NCBI GenBank assembly: GCA_041690155.1
Contig: JAWLHW010000002.1
Coordinates: 2,996 to 66,995, forward strand
Direction of reading: 5' to 3'
DNA from: Desulfomicrobium sp.
Lineage (GTDB): Bacteria > Desulfobacterota > Desulfovibrionia > Desulfovibrionales > Desulfomicrobiaceae
DNA: 64,000 bases
This document shows positions 47,500-56,477 of this stretch, piece after piece. The notes below the pieces were generated by a model. It saw only the letters and a list, made by a program, of their open reading frames with translations, did not search any database and was not told where the DNA came from. Positions within the stretch are counted from its first letter, which is position 1. Each line of letters opens with the position of its first letter. A program made the translations under genes and the position numbers.

Positions 47500-48045
47500 A
47501 TGAAGATTCTTTCCATCACGCAACTGCCGGTGCAGCCGGAGTTCGATTTCCCTACGTTTCTTTTCCTGTCCCAAATCGACGAGCTCGGCCCGCGCGACAT
47601 GATCGCAGTGCTCGACGTTTGGGAAAAATGGCTCCCCCTCCTCAAAGTCTACAAGCTCGGGGACCGCAAGGAACATGTTGTTGTCTTTCTTGAAAGTGAA
47701 GTCGAGGATCAGGTTGACGAGATATGGAAGCAGTCCCCATCCGAGGGGTTCAAACACGAGGCCATCGCCCAGACCATGATCATGGGAACCTTGAAGGCGC
47801 TGATGCCCGAACTGGGAGAAAAGCAGTGCGCGCCGGTTCCGGAGCCGACCAAGCCGCTGTGCCGGACACTTGAAAAAATCGGTCTGAACCTCCAGGAATC
47901 CGGGGCCCTGGATCGCAAATACGCGACCATCACCCCCTATCCTCACCGCTACGGGTGCGAACGCTGCCATCTGAAAGACAGCTGCATAAAGAACATGAAT
48001 CTGGATCTTAGCGGCATCATGAAATCACAGCCCAAGGCCGAGTGA
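47500..48045 (+). CDS. Hypothetical protein with C-terminal CxxCx5C, possibly related to the B12-methionine-synthase activation domain
   Basis: Clean ORF with host-like codon use, containing EKIGLNLQESG and GCERCHLKDSC. Family assignment is inference. Confidence 0.7.
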   Translation: MKILSITQLPVQPEFDFPTFLFLSQIDELGPRDMIAVLDVWEKWLPLLKVYKLGDRKEHVVVFLESEVEDQVDEIWKQSPSEGFKHEAIAQTMIMGTLKALMPELGEKQCAPVPEPTKPLCRTLEKIGLNLQESGALDRKYATITPYPHRYGCERCHLKDSCIKNMNLDLSGIMKSQPKAE

Positions 48046-48064
48046 TCCCCGTCCTGGCTTCCCT

Positions 48065-48090
48065 CGTCCGCCTCCCTGGCGAGGCGGACG
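48065..48090. other. Perfect 10-bp GC hairpin without a U-tract, 20 nt after a stop codon
   Basis: CGTCCGCCTC-CCTGGC-GAGGCGGACG. Confidence 0.6.
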
Positions 48091-48155
48091 TATCCTCCAA
48101 ATTGCCCCCCATCTTCCTGTGGAAACCGCAACGAAAATGCTTTCCGCCAGCGTCT

Positions 48156-48338
48156 CAAGGTCCGGTGTCGTCATGGTCTTGAGGGGCGCCGGCTGTCTGA
48201 CTGAGCCAGGCATCGTTTGTTGAATCGTTGCCGGACGCGCTACCCGATATTTCCGCCCATCATGCAACGATTCAACTCTACGAGGCCCGCGAAGGAGTTC
48301 CGGCGGGCCTCAAGACCATGACGGCACCGGACCGCTTG
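48156..48338. repeat. ~183-nt nested inverted-repeat element (candidate structured ncRNA or MITE/REP-like unit)
   Basis: 48159-48184 pairs with 48308-48333 (25/26, the exception being G-U on +); 48187-48192 with 48300-48305; 48219-48231 with 48264-48276 (13/13). Confidence 0.85.
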
Positions 48339-48372
48339 TCGCAAATCAAAATATTCTTAACCTGGCAGGCTC

Positions 48373-49479
48373 CTACTCTTTGCCTTCTTCACCAAAAGCC
48401 TGCGACATAAGATGCCTGTAAAGCCCACCCAGGTTTGCGGGAGTCCGCCCAAGCACCGCCTGCCAGACTTCATCCGACTCCATGCACAGATAGAGCTGTC
48501 GATCGAGCCCGCCCCGGCGCAACGCATCGGCCAGAAAACGGAACTGCTCGACCCGCAAGGGCCGCAGCAGGCGCTGCTTGCCGTCCAATCCGGTAATGAA
48601 CTCCCCGTATATGTACTTTGACTCGGGAAAATTCCCGCTGATGCAGCGCTTCAAATCCGGCATGTGCCGAAATGAGCCCATACTGACATACGCAATCTGC
48701 TCGGGGCGCAGGTGGTCGAAAATCATTTCCACAGTTCGGGCGTACCCTTCCTGCCATCCGGAAAAATGGATCATGGGATCAAAATGCAAACAGACCCGAA
48801 AACCCGCCTGGGCGCAGGTCCTGGCTGCGGCGAGGCGCTCTTCCAAACTCGCGCACTCCCCCTGCTCCTCGTGCTCGGCAATGGCCGGCGCGTTCATGGA
48901 CCAGGCCGGAAGGACCCTTGAGGGATCGCGGACCACGTCCATCCAGGACAGATCCACCACCTTGGACTTGAGTTCAAGGCAGACCTGCGGATATCGCCCC
49001 AGAAACTCTATCAGATCCCGGCTGTAGCCGGTCAGGGCCTCAAGCACCAGGGAATCGGTGAATTCTCCGGTGCCGACCCGATAGCGCCGATCCGGGTTTG
49101 CGCTGAAGGCCTGGTCCAGCTCCCGCCACAGGTCGTCCTGATTCGCCCAGACCTTGAGCACGCGATCCTGAAAATAGGCCTGCAGGATGCAGTACGAGCA
49201 GCGCAGCGGACAATTTTCGCCAATATGGATGATCTGATAACCGCAACAGCGATAATGGCTGGTGCCGGGACAATGACGCAAAAAACGCCCCCGGTACTGC
49301 TTCAGATAAAGAATATCCTCACGCGCCAGTCCGGAGGACAGGGTTTCGCCCTCGTTCAGGACCTCCGCCGTCAGGTGGGGCAGCCTCTTGCGCACGCGCT
49401 GCGCCACGGGGGACCCGGCCACGGCCGCATCGACCACCACCCGGCTGATGCCCTGCAGATAGGCGGGCAGGGCCGTCAT
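48373..49479 (-). CDS. Spore photoproduct lyase (SPL)-like radical SAM protein
   Basis: GENCPLRCSYCILQ (CxxxCxxC), GEFTDSL, ELKSK, HFDP, YLCME. ATGA overlap with the upstream gene. Confidence 0.85.
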   Translation of the reverse strand: MTALPAYLQGISRVVVDAAVAGSPVAQRVRKRLPHLTAEVLNEGETLSSGLAREDILYLKQYRGRFLRHCPGTSHYRCCGYQIIHIGENCPLRCSYCILQAYFQDRVLKVWANQDDLWRELDQAFSANPDRRYRVGTGEFTDSLVLEALTGYSRDLIEFLGRYPQVCLELKSKVVDLSWMDVVRDPSRVLPAWSMNAPAIAEHEEQGECASLEERLAAARTCAQAGFRVCLHFDPMIHFSGWQEGYARTVEMIFDHLRPEQIAYVSMGSFRHMPDLKRCISGNFPESKYIYGEFITGLDGKQRLLRPLRVEQFRFLADALRRGGLDRQLYLCMESDEVWQAVLGRTPANLGGLYRHLMSQAFGEEGKE

Positions 49480-50453
49480 TTGCCCTCCAAAGGAAAAAGG
49501 CCGCCCAGATCTTCCCGGGCCGCGATGCGAACAAGCTCAGCACTGGCGGCATGCAGCTCGGCCGGGCTCGTCAGGCGCACGCTCAGCTCCACGGCGTTGC
49601 TCTCGAACACGTCCGGCTGGACCACCCTCCAGCGCGTTCCGGCCGAGACCCGGCGGGCGGTGTCGATAAACTCCCGCTCCATGTCCGACAGCACCGGGTA
49701 GCGCTGCAGACGCACCTCGTGAAGGATGCGGGTCATGGCGTCCCTGGGCGAAAGACCGGCCGCCAGAATCTCCCCCAGCCCTACGCCATCCAGCACTTCC
49801 ACCACGGAAACACCGTCACGGGCGCAGATCTCGCGAATCCAGGTCAGCACGTTGACCGCATTGCCGCGCGACCAGGAGAGCGTGGCAAAAAGCGCCTCAA
49901 GCGCTGCAAGATCTGCAGCACAAAATGATTCCAGCACGTCGGCGCAGGCCAGGGGAACGGCCCCCGAACCCAGAAATGCATCCCAGTGCGCAGGCAACGT
50001 CAGCCAGGAACGGACCAGGCGCAGCCGCTTGGAACGCGCCTCAAGATTCAGAGCCTCCAGCACCGCCTCCAGGTTCACATCCGGCAGGGCAGTGAAATAG
50101 CGCATGGCCAAAACGAGCTGCCCGTCGGTCAATTCTGCGCCGGAATTGGAATGCACATAGGCCAGCCCCCTGGCCTCATCGCTCAAGGCCCCAAGGTCCA
50201 GGCACAAAACCTCACGGTCAAGCTCCGCCAGAACCGCCACCCGTGCCGCACCCGCAACCAGCACGGGCCGCCCGCCGCCAGCATCAACCAGCACGGGCAT
50301 GAGCTGCCCATGATTATCCAGGCTGCGACGCAGGGCCGGGGACGGCGGAGCGGACCAGAAAAGCCAGGGCCCGCCGACAACGAGATCCGACGCGGCGCAG
50401 CGCAGTATCGCGGCTCGCGCAGAACCCCGGGACGGAGTATCGACCATATTCAT
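49476..50453 (-). CDS. ParB/Srx N-terminal-domain-like protein
   Basis: LRRSLDNHGQLMPVLV...VLVAGAARV resembles the ParB boxes (L..SI...G.LQPI.V...LIAG.RR), followed by a helical region. Confidence 0.68.
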   Translation of the reverse strand: MNMVDTPSRGSARAAILRCAASDLVVGGPWLFWSAPPSPALRRSLDNHGQLMPVLVDAGGGRPVLVAGAARVAVLAELDREVLCLDLGALSDEARGLAYVHSNSGAELTDGQLVLAMRYFTALPDVNLEAVLEALNLEARSKRLRLVRSWLTLPAHWDAFLGSGAVPLACADVLESFCAADLAALEALFATLSWSRGNAVNVLTWIREICARDGVSVVEVLDGVGLGEILAAGLSPRDAMTRILHEVRLQRYPVLSDMEREFIDTARRVSAGTRWRVVQPDVFESNAVELSVRLTSPAELHAASAELVRIAAREDLGGLFPLEGK

Positions 50454-50506
50454 GATTTTCTCTCAACAATTTTGAAGAATTACGTACCGCTTAAAATCCT
50501 GTTGCT

Positions 50507-50539
50507 CTTGACAACTTCCAAGGCCCCTCCCTATAGGGA
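50507..50539 (+). promoter_or_regulatory. Putative promoter for the EF-G paralogue
   Basis: TTGACA-N18-TATAGG, with the -10 inside the palindrome TCCCTATAGGGA. Confidence 0.45.
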
Positions 50540-50720
50540 TATTTCTTGAAAAAGTTCAGGATAGCAGGTGGTTTACACACGCTCGGGTACTTGGAGCGTG
50601 GGACTTTCATTCAATTTCTTCTCTTTTGCAAGCGAATTCCCGTCATTCGTTATGAAAGACTGGAACGATCTTATACCCTGTAGCCATATGGTTGCGTAAT
50701 ACTTTGCATAAGGGGGCTGT

Positions 50721-52781
50721 ATGCAGGATCAACTTCAAAAACAGAGGACTTTCGCCCTGATAGGGCATGGAGGAACCGGAAAGACTTCAGTGGCCGAAAT
50801 GCTGCTGTTTGCCGCCGGCTCCATCAACAGGCTGGGCAAAATCGACGAGGGCTCGACGGTTCTGGACTACGAACCCGAAGAAACCAAACGCAGGGGCAGT
50901 ATTCAGCCCAGCTTTGCGCAGTTCCCCTGGAAGAAGAACCTGAATTTTCTTATCGACACGCCCGGTGACAACAACTTTATCGGCGATCTCCCCTATCTTC
51001 TGCAGGGCGCGGACAACGTGGTCCTGGTCATCGACGCCATCGACGGGGTCAAGCCGTTGACCAAGAAAATCTGGTCCGAAGCCGTCAAGGCCTCACTCCC
51101 GGCCGTGGCATTCATCAACAAGATGGATCGTGAGCGCGCGAATTTCCAGATGGCCTACCAGGGCCTGTCCGATATGCTGGGCATCAAGCCTGTCCTTCTC
51201 TTTCTGCCCATAGGCAGCGAAGCCGACTTCCGAGGCCTGGTCGATATCCTGGCCGACAAAGCCTACGCCTTCGATGAGAACGGCGGCCTGACCCCCATCG
51301 ACATGCCTGAAGACCTGGCTGACGAAGTCACCATGACGCGTGAAATCGCCATTGAAAACATCGCCGAAAGCAGCGAAGAGCTGATGGAAAAATATCTGGA
51401 GGAAGGCTCGCTGACGGACGAAGAGATGATCGCCGGTCTGCGTGCAGGCGTTGCCAGCCGGGCGCTGGTTCCGGTCTGCGTTGGCTCCGCCATGCAGAAC
51501 AAAGGAGCGGTCACGCTCCTTGACACCATCCAGAACGTCCTGGCCTCCCCGCTTGAACACGAGACCTGGCTCGACGCCGACGGCAACGAGCGCCCGTCAA
51601 GCCCCGACGCCCCTTTTGCCGCTTTTGTCTTCAAAACCATCGCCGATCCCTTTGCCGGGCAGCTCTCGGTACTGCGCGTGCTCTCCGGAGTTATGTCCCC
51701 TGACGCCACCGTCCTCAACGCAACCAAGGACGAAAAGGAAAAAATCGGACAGATCCTGTTTCTGGAAGGTAAAAAGCAGACTCCTTGCAAACAGGAAATC
51801 GGTCCCGGAGCCATCGTGGCCGTGGCCAAGCTCAAGAACACGGCCACCGGCGATACCCTGTGCGCGGAAAAGGCCCCGTTCATCCTGCCCAAGCCGGTCT
51901 TAAGCCCCTCCATCATTTCCTACGCCCTGGCCGCCGAGGAAAAAGGCGAGGAAGACAAGGTCTTCGCCGCGGTGCAGAAGCTTCTGGACGAAGACATCAA
52001 CCTGCACCTGGTCCGCAACGACGAAACCGGCGACATGCTGCTCACGGGCATGGGGCAGCTGCACATCGAACTGGCAGTGGAAAAGGTCAAGCGCCGCTAC
52101 AAGACCAACATCGTCCTCAAAACGCCCAAGATCCCCTACCGGGAGACCATCAAAGGCAAGGCCCAGGTCCAGGGCCGGCACAAAAAGCAGTCCGGCGGAC
52201 GCGGACAGTTCGGCGACTGCTGGATTCGCATGGAACCCAATGTCCGCAGTGGGGGATACGAGTTCATTGACGAGATCGTCGGCGGCTCCATCCCGCGCAA
52301 CTACATCCCGGCCGTGGACAAGGGCATCCAGGAAGCGGCTGCGCGCGGATTTCTGGCCGGTTATCCCATGGTCGACTTCAAGGTGGCCGTTTACGATGGC
52401 TCTTACCACAACGTCGACTCCTCGGAAATGGCGTTCAAGATTGCCGGTTCTCTGGCCTTCAAGAAAGCCGTCGAAATGTGCAACCCGATTCTGCTCGAAC
52501 CCATCATGCTCGCGGCCGTGTTCATCCCCGACGAGTTCATGGGTGATGTCATCGGCGACCTTTCCAGCCGCCGCGGCAGGGTGCTGGGTTCCGATTCCAT
52601 CGGCGGCATCACCGAGGTCAAGGCCCACGTGCCCATGGCCGAAATGATGAAATACGCCCCGGACCTGCGCTCCATGACCGGAGGCCAGGGCACCTTTACC
52701 ATGGAATTCGCGCATTACGAGGAATGCCCGCCCAACGTGGCGGAGCAGGTCATCGCCGACAGCAAGAAAGAAGACGAATAG
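50721..52781 (+). CDS. fusA: Elongation factor G paralogue (EF-G2), outside the str operon
   Basis: GHGGTGKT, DTPG, NKMD, GMGQLH, KKQSGGRGQFG, GSYHNVDSSEMAF. G2 (RGSI) and switch II (DTPGD) are divergent. Confidence 0.92.
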   Translation: MQDQLQKQRTFALIGHGGTGKTSVAEMLLFAAGSINRLGKIDEGSTVLDYEPEETKRRGSIQPSFAQFPWKKNLNFLIDTPGDNNFIGDLPYLLQGADNVVLVIDAIDGVKPLTKKIWSEAVKASLPAVAFINKMDRERANFQMAYQGLSDMLGIKPVLLFLPIGSEADFRGLVDILADKAYAFDENGGLTPIDMPEDLADEVTMTREIAIENIAESSEELMEKYLEEGSLTDEEMIAGLRAGVASRALVPVCVGSAMQNKGAVTLLDTIQNVLASPLEHETWLDADGNERPSSPDAPFAAFVFKTIADPFAGQLSVLRVLSGVMSPDATVLNATKDEKEKIGQILFLEGKKQTPCKQEIGPGAIVAVAKLKNTATGDTLCAEKAPFILPKPVLSPSIISYALAAEEKGEEDKVFAAVQKLLDEDINLHLVRNDETGDMLLTGMGQLHIELAVEKVKRRYKTNIVLKTPKIPYRETIKGKAQVQGRHKKQSGGRGQFGDCWIRMEPNVRSGGYEFIDEIVGGSIPRNYIPAVDKGIQEAAARGFLAGYPMVDFKVAVYDGSYHNVDSSEMAFKIAGSLAFKKAVEMCNPILLEPIMLAAVFIPDEFMGDVIGDLSSRRGRVLGSDSIGGITEVKAHVPMAEMMKYAPDLRSMTGGQGTFTMEFAHYEECPPNVAEQVIADSKKEDE

Positions 52782-52800
52782 CCCCTGTTTCTCCACAACC

Positions 52801-52829
52801 AAGGCCGCGATTTTCGCGGCCTTTTTTTT
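52801..52829 (+). terminator. Intrinsic terminator after the EF-G paralogue
   Basis: AAGGCCGCGA-TTT-TCGCGGCCTTTTTTTT. Confidence 0.8.
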
Positions 52830-52929
52830 GGCCTTGTCCTTGGGCCCCACTTCCCTTAGTTTCCGTCAGGATGCGCAAGCATCACACCTTACATTAACTT
52901 ACTGGCATCAACATAACCGGAGCCCCTCA

Positions 52930-54582
52930 ATGCCCGAATCGCACGTTACCCTCACCCCCCTTGGCGGGCTGGGAGAAATAGGCATGAACTGCATGGCCCT
53001 GGAGACCGAGCAGAGCATGATCCTGGTGGACTGCGGGCTCATGTTTCCGGACGTCATTCTCTACGGCGTGGACGTGGTCATCCCCCGCATGGATTTCATC
53101 GTCAGCCGCAAGCACAAATTGAAGGGCATCATCCTCACCCACGGCCACGAGGACCATATCGGGGCGCTGGCCTGGCTTGTCCCCTATCTGCAGGAGGTTC
53201 CCCTTTACGGCTCAGAGTTCACCCTGCGCCTGGCAATGAAACGCCTGCAGGAACGCAATCTTGACTCCCACGTAAAGCTGCACCCGGTGCGCGCCCGGGA
53301 ACGGGTTGACCTGGGCGAATTCGCCGTGACCTTCATGCCCGTCTGTCACAGCATCATCGAGGGCTTCGGGCTCGGTATCGAGACCCCGGCCGGACGCATC
53401 GTGCACACGGGCGATTTCAAGATCGACCGCAACCCCCAGGGCGGGCATGCCACCGACCTGGAAGCCTTCGCCAAATTTTCAAGCGAGGGCGTACTGCTCA
53501 TGCTCTCCGACTCCACCAACGTCGAACGTGAGGGATTTTCTCTCACGGAGCAGGAAATCCAGGATTCTCTGGATGAAGTCTTTGCCGAAGCCAAAGGGCG
53601 CATTCTGGTCACCCTCTTCGCCACCCACATCCAGCGCATGCAGGAAATTTTCGACCTCGCGGCCAAACACGGACGCAGGGTGGCCTTCACGGGGCGCAGC
53701 CTGGTCACCAACATCGATGTCGCCAAGGATCTCGGGCATCTGCGGTTCAACCGCGAGAACTCCTGCGACATGGAGGAGTTGGCCTATCTTGACGACGACA
53801 GGATCGTGATCCTGCTGACCGGCTCCCAGGGCGAACCGCTTTCGGCCTTAAGCCGCGTGGCCCGGTGTGAGCACCGGCAGATCAACATCCATAAAGGCGA
53901 CACCGTGATCATGTCCTCGCGCTTCATTCCGGGCAACACCAGGGCCATCACCAGAGTCATCAACGACCTCTACCGGCACGGGGCAAGCGTCCTCTACGAA
54001 AAAGTGCAGGCCATCCATGCCTCGGGCCATGCCCACAAGGAAGAGCTGAAGATCATGCTCGACACGGTCCGGCCCAAATTTTTCGTGCCGGTACATGGTG
54101 AATACCGTCATCTTTTCAAGCACGCCGAATTGGCGGTTTCGCGAGGCATCGCGCCGGAACGGGCGTTGATCCTGGAGAACGGCCATCCCGTGACCCTCTC
54201 CACTTCGGGCATCCGCCTGGAGGAAGCCGTCTTTGCAGAGTCCATCCTGGTCGACGGCAAAGGCGTGGGCGACGTTGGCCAGAGCGTACTCAAGGAGCGC
54301 CAGATACTGGGTGGTGAAGGGCTTGTCATCGTGCTGCTGGTGCAAGACGAATTCGGGACCATCGTTTTTGGCCCCAGCATCCAGTCCAAGGGCTTCATTT
54401 TTGAGCAGCATTTCTCCCACATCCTTGAAGACGCCAAGTGCATCATATTAGATGTCATGGAAGGCAACCCCGGCAGCGAAGCCTACAAGCTCGAAGAAAA
54501 AATCAGATCCTCCCTGCGCCGCTTTTTCCGCAAGGTCCTGGAACGCGACCCCATTGTCATTCCTCTCATCGCCCGGGTATAA
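52930..54582 (+). CDS. rnj: Ribonuclease J
   Basis: LGGLGEIGMN, THGHEDHIG, HTGDFKID, GSQGEP, HASGH, PVHGE. Confidence 0.96.
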   Translation: MPESHVTLTPLGGLGEIGMNCMALETEQSMILVDCGLMFPDVILYGVDVVIPRMDFIVSRKHKLKGIILTHGHEDHIGALAWLVPYLQEVPLYGSEFTLRLAMKRLQERNLDSHVKLHPVRARERVDLGEFAVTFMPVCHSIIEGFGLGIETPAGRIVHTGDFKIDRNPQGGHATDLEAFAKFSSEGVLLMLSDSTNVEREGFSLTEQEIQDSLDEVFAEAKGRILVTLFATHIQRMQEIFDLAAKHGRRVAFTGRSLVTNIDVAKDLGHLRFNRENSCDMEELAYLDDDRIVILLTGSQGEPLSALSRVARCEHRQINIHKGDTVIMSSRFIPGNTRAITRVINDLYRHGASVLYEKVQAIHASGHAHKEELKIMLDTVRPKFFVPVHGEYRHLFKHAELAVSRGIAPERALILENGHPVTLSTSGIRLEEAVFAESILVDGKGVGDVGQSVLKERQILGGEGLVIVLLVQDEFGTIVFGPSIQSKGFIFEQHFSHILEDAKCIILDVMEGNPGSEAYKLEEKIRSSLRRFFRKVLERDPIVIPLIARV

Positions 54583-54629
54583 TTTTTTCTTGCCAAGGAT
54601 AAAGCACTCGCGTACCGACTTCAGTTCTC

Positions 54630-54708
54630 AAACACTCCACACGTCCGCATTTTTGGTTTGGCCCATTCGGGCTCCTGCGGGCGGAGGAATAAAACCAAGG
54701 AGATTCTC
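54630..54708 (+). promoter_or_regulatory. Probable rpsB (S2) autoregulatory leader
   Basis: CACACG...GGAGG..AAACC pattern. Stem CGTCCGCA (54642-49) pairs with TGCGGGCG (54676-83); TTGGTTT (54653-59) is complementary to AAACCAA (54692-98) beside the SD. Confidence 0.6.
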
Positions 54709-55494
54709 ATGGCTTATGTAAGTATGAAACAGATGCTGGAGACCGGAGTTCACTTCGGACACCAGACCCGCCGCTGGAACCCCAAGATGCGCCCCTTCAT
54801 TTTCGGTGCGCGCAAGGGAATTCACATCATCGACCTGCAGCAGACCGTAAAGCTGTACCGCAAGGCCCACGACTTCATCACCGACACAGTGGCCCGCGGC
54901 GGAAAGATCATTTTTGTCGGCACCAAGCGCCAGGCGCAGGACGTGATCAAGACCGAAGCCGAACGCTGCGGCATGTTCCACGTCACCAACCGCTGGCTGG
55001 GCGGCACCCTGACCAACTACCAGACCATCCGCACCAGCATCACCCGTCTCAAAAAACTTGAGGCCATGTTCGAAGACGGTTCCGTCAGCCGCTTCCTGAA
55101 AAAGGAAGTCGTGCGCATGGAACGCGAAGTCACCAAGCTGAACCTGACCCTCGGCGGCATCAAAGACATGGAAGAGCCGCCTGCGGCCGCCTTCATCATT
55201 GATCCGCATCGCGAAGAGATCGCCGTCAAGGAATGCCGCAAGCTGGGTATCCCGATCGTGGCAGTGGTCGACACCAACTGCGATCCCGACGCCATTGACT
55301 ATATCATCCCGGGCAATGACGACGCCATCCGCGCCATCAAGCTCTTTGCCGGCGCAATGGCCGATGCCTGCATCGAAGGCGCCGCCAGCACCAAGGACTC
55401 CGTAGAAGAACCCAAGACCAACAAGGTTCCTGAAGTCGAACTCCCTGTCGGTTCCGCAGAGCCGGAATCCGTAGATACAGACGAAGAGGTATAA
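54709..55494 (+). CDS. rpsB: 30S ribosomal protein S2
   Basis: [38 protein letters not shown]. Confidence 0.98.
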   Translation: MAYVSMKQMLETGVHFGHQTRRWNPKMRPFIFGARKGIHIIDLQQTVKLYRKAHDFITDTVARGGKIIFVGTKRQAQDVIKTEAERCGMFHVTNRWLGGTLTNYQTIRTSITRLKKLEAMFEDGSVSRFLKKEVVRMEREVTKLNLTLGGIKDMEEPPAAAFIIDPHREEIAVKECRKLGIPIVAVVDTNCDPDAIDYIIPGNDDAIRAIKLFAGAMADACIEGAASTKDSVEEPKTNKVPEVELPVGSAEPESVDTDEEV

Positions 55495-55498
55495 TACG

Positions 55499-56302
55499 AT
55501 GAGTATCACTGCAGCGATGGTTAAGGACCTGCGCGAACGCACCGGCGTAGGCATGATGGATTGCAAAAAAGCACTGGCCGAATGCGATGGCGATGAAGAA
55601 AAAGCCATAGCCTGGTTGCGTGAAAAGGGGCTGTCCAAGGCTGCCAAGAAAGCCGGACGCGCAACTTCCGAAGGTCTGGTGACCGTTGTCGTCGCAGCCG
55701 ACGGCAAATCTGCGGCCATGAGCGAACTCAAGTGCGAGACCGACTTTGTGTCCAAGAACGAGGAATTCATCGCCCTGGCCGAAGGCCTGGCCAACCTCGC
55801 CCTGGAAAAGAAGACCGACAACGTGGAAGCCCTGCCTGCCGAAGCCACCGACCTGACCGGTCTCATCGGCAAGATCGGCGAGAACATGCAGGTCGGCCGC
55901 CTGGCTTACGTGTCCTTCTCCGGCGAAGGCGCCATCGGCGCCTACGTCCATTCGACCAAGAAGCTTGGCGTCCTGGTCGAACTGTCCGGTCAGGTCAGCC
56001 CTGAACTGGCCAAGGACGTGGCCATGCAGATCGCGGCCACCAATCCCCTTTGTGTCGGCCCGGACCAGATCCCGGCTGAAACCCTGGCCCAGGAGAAGGA
56101 AATCTACCTGAACCAGGCCAAGGAAGAAGGCAAGCCGGCCCAGATCGCCGAAAAGATCGTCGAAGGACGCATCCGCAAATACTACCAGGAAGTCTGTCTG
56201 CGCGAGCAGCTCTTCATTAAAGATGACAAGAAGTCCATCAAGGATCTTCTTGGAAAAAACGCCGACATAGTCCGGTTCTTCCGGTTCGCCATCGGCGCAT
56301 AA
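55499..56302 (+). CDS. tsf: Elongation factor Ts
   Basis: [22 protein letters not shown]. Confidence 0.98.
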   Translation: MSITAAMVKDLRERTGVGMMDCKKALAECDGDEEKAIAWLREKGLSKAAKKAGRATSEGLVTVVVAADGKSAAMSELKCETDFVSKNEEFIALAEGLANLALEKKTDNVEALPAEATDLTGLIGKIGENMQVGRLAYVSFSGEGAIGAYVHSTKKLGVLVELSGQVSPELAKDVAMQIAATNPLCVGPDQIPAETLAQEKEIYLNQAKEEGKPAQIAEKIVEGRIRKYYQEVCLREQLFIKDDKKSIKDLLGKNADIVRFFRFAIGA

Positions 56303-56304
56303 GC

Positions 56305-56329
56305 AAAGGGCCGCAAGGCCCTTTTTTTT
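56305..56329 (+). terminator. Intrinsic terminator after rpsB-tsf
   Basis: AAAGGGCC-GCAA-GGCCCTTTTTTTT. Confidence 0.85.
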
Positions 56330-56477
56330 GGCCCTCAGGTCGACAGACTTCGCATCTGCCCCGCTTCACGCCTCCAGTTGCAGCGGGTGCGCGAAATGTA
56401 TATACGATCATCCGAGAAGGAGGCCAGGGCATCCCGGTCTCCTTTTCGTTCACCGCTTACCCAAGAGGTACCTATCC

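Noticed and set aside
48156-48338. Calling the element 6S RNA, an attC site or a retron ncRNA
   Set aside because: No 6S-like sequence or context, no integron integrase or clear attC core sites, and no reverse transcriptase in the window. It is left unassigned.
48025-48410. Small ORFs across the structured intergenic element, as type I toxin candidates
   Set aside because: None has a convincing RBS or a hydrophobic toxin-like peptide. The symmetry is better explained at the nucleotide level.
54600-54630. AAGCACTC half-sites here and near 63359 as CIRCE elements
   Set aside because: The second half-site (GAGTGC) is missing at the required spacing and the context is not heat-shock related.
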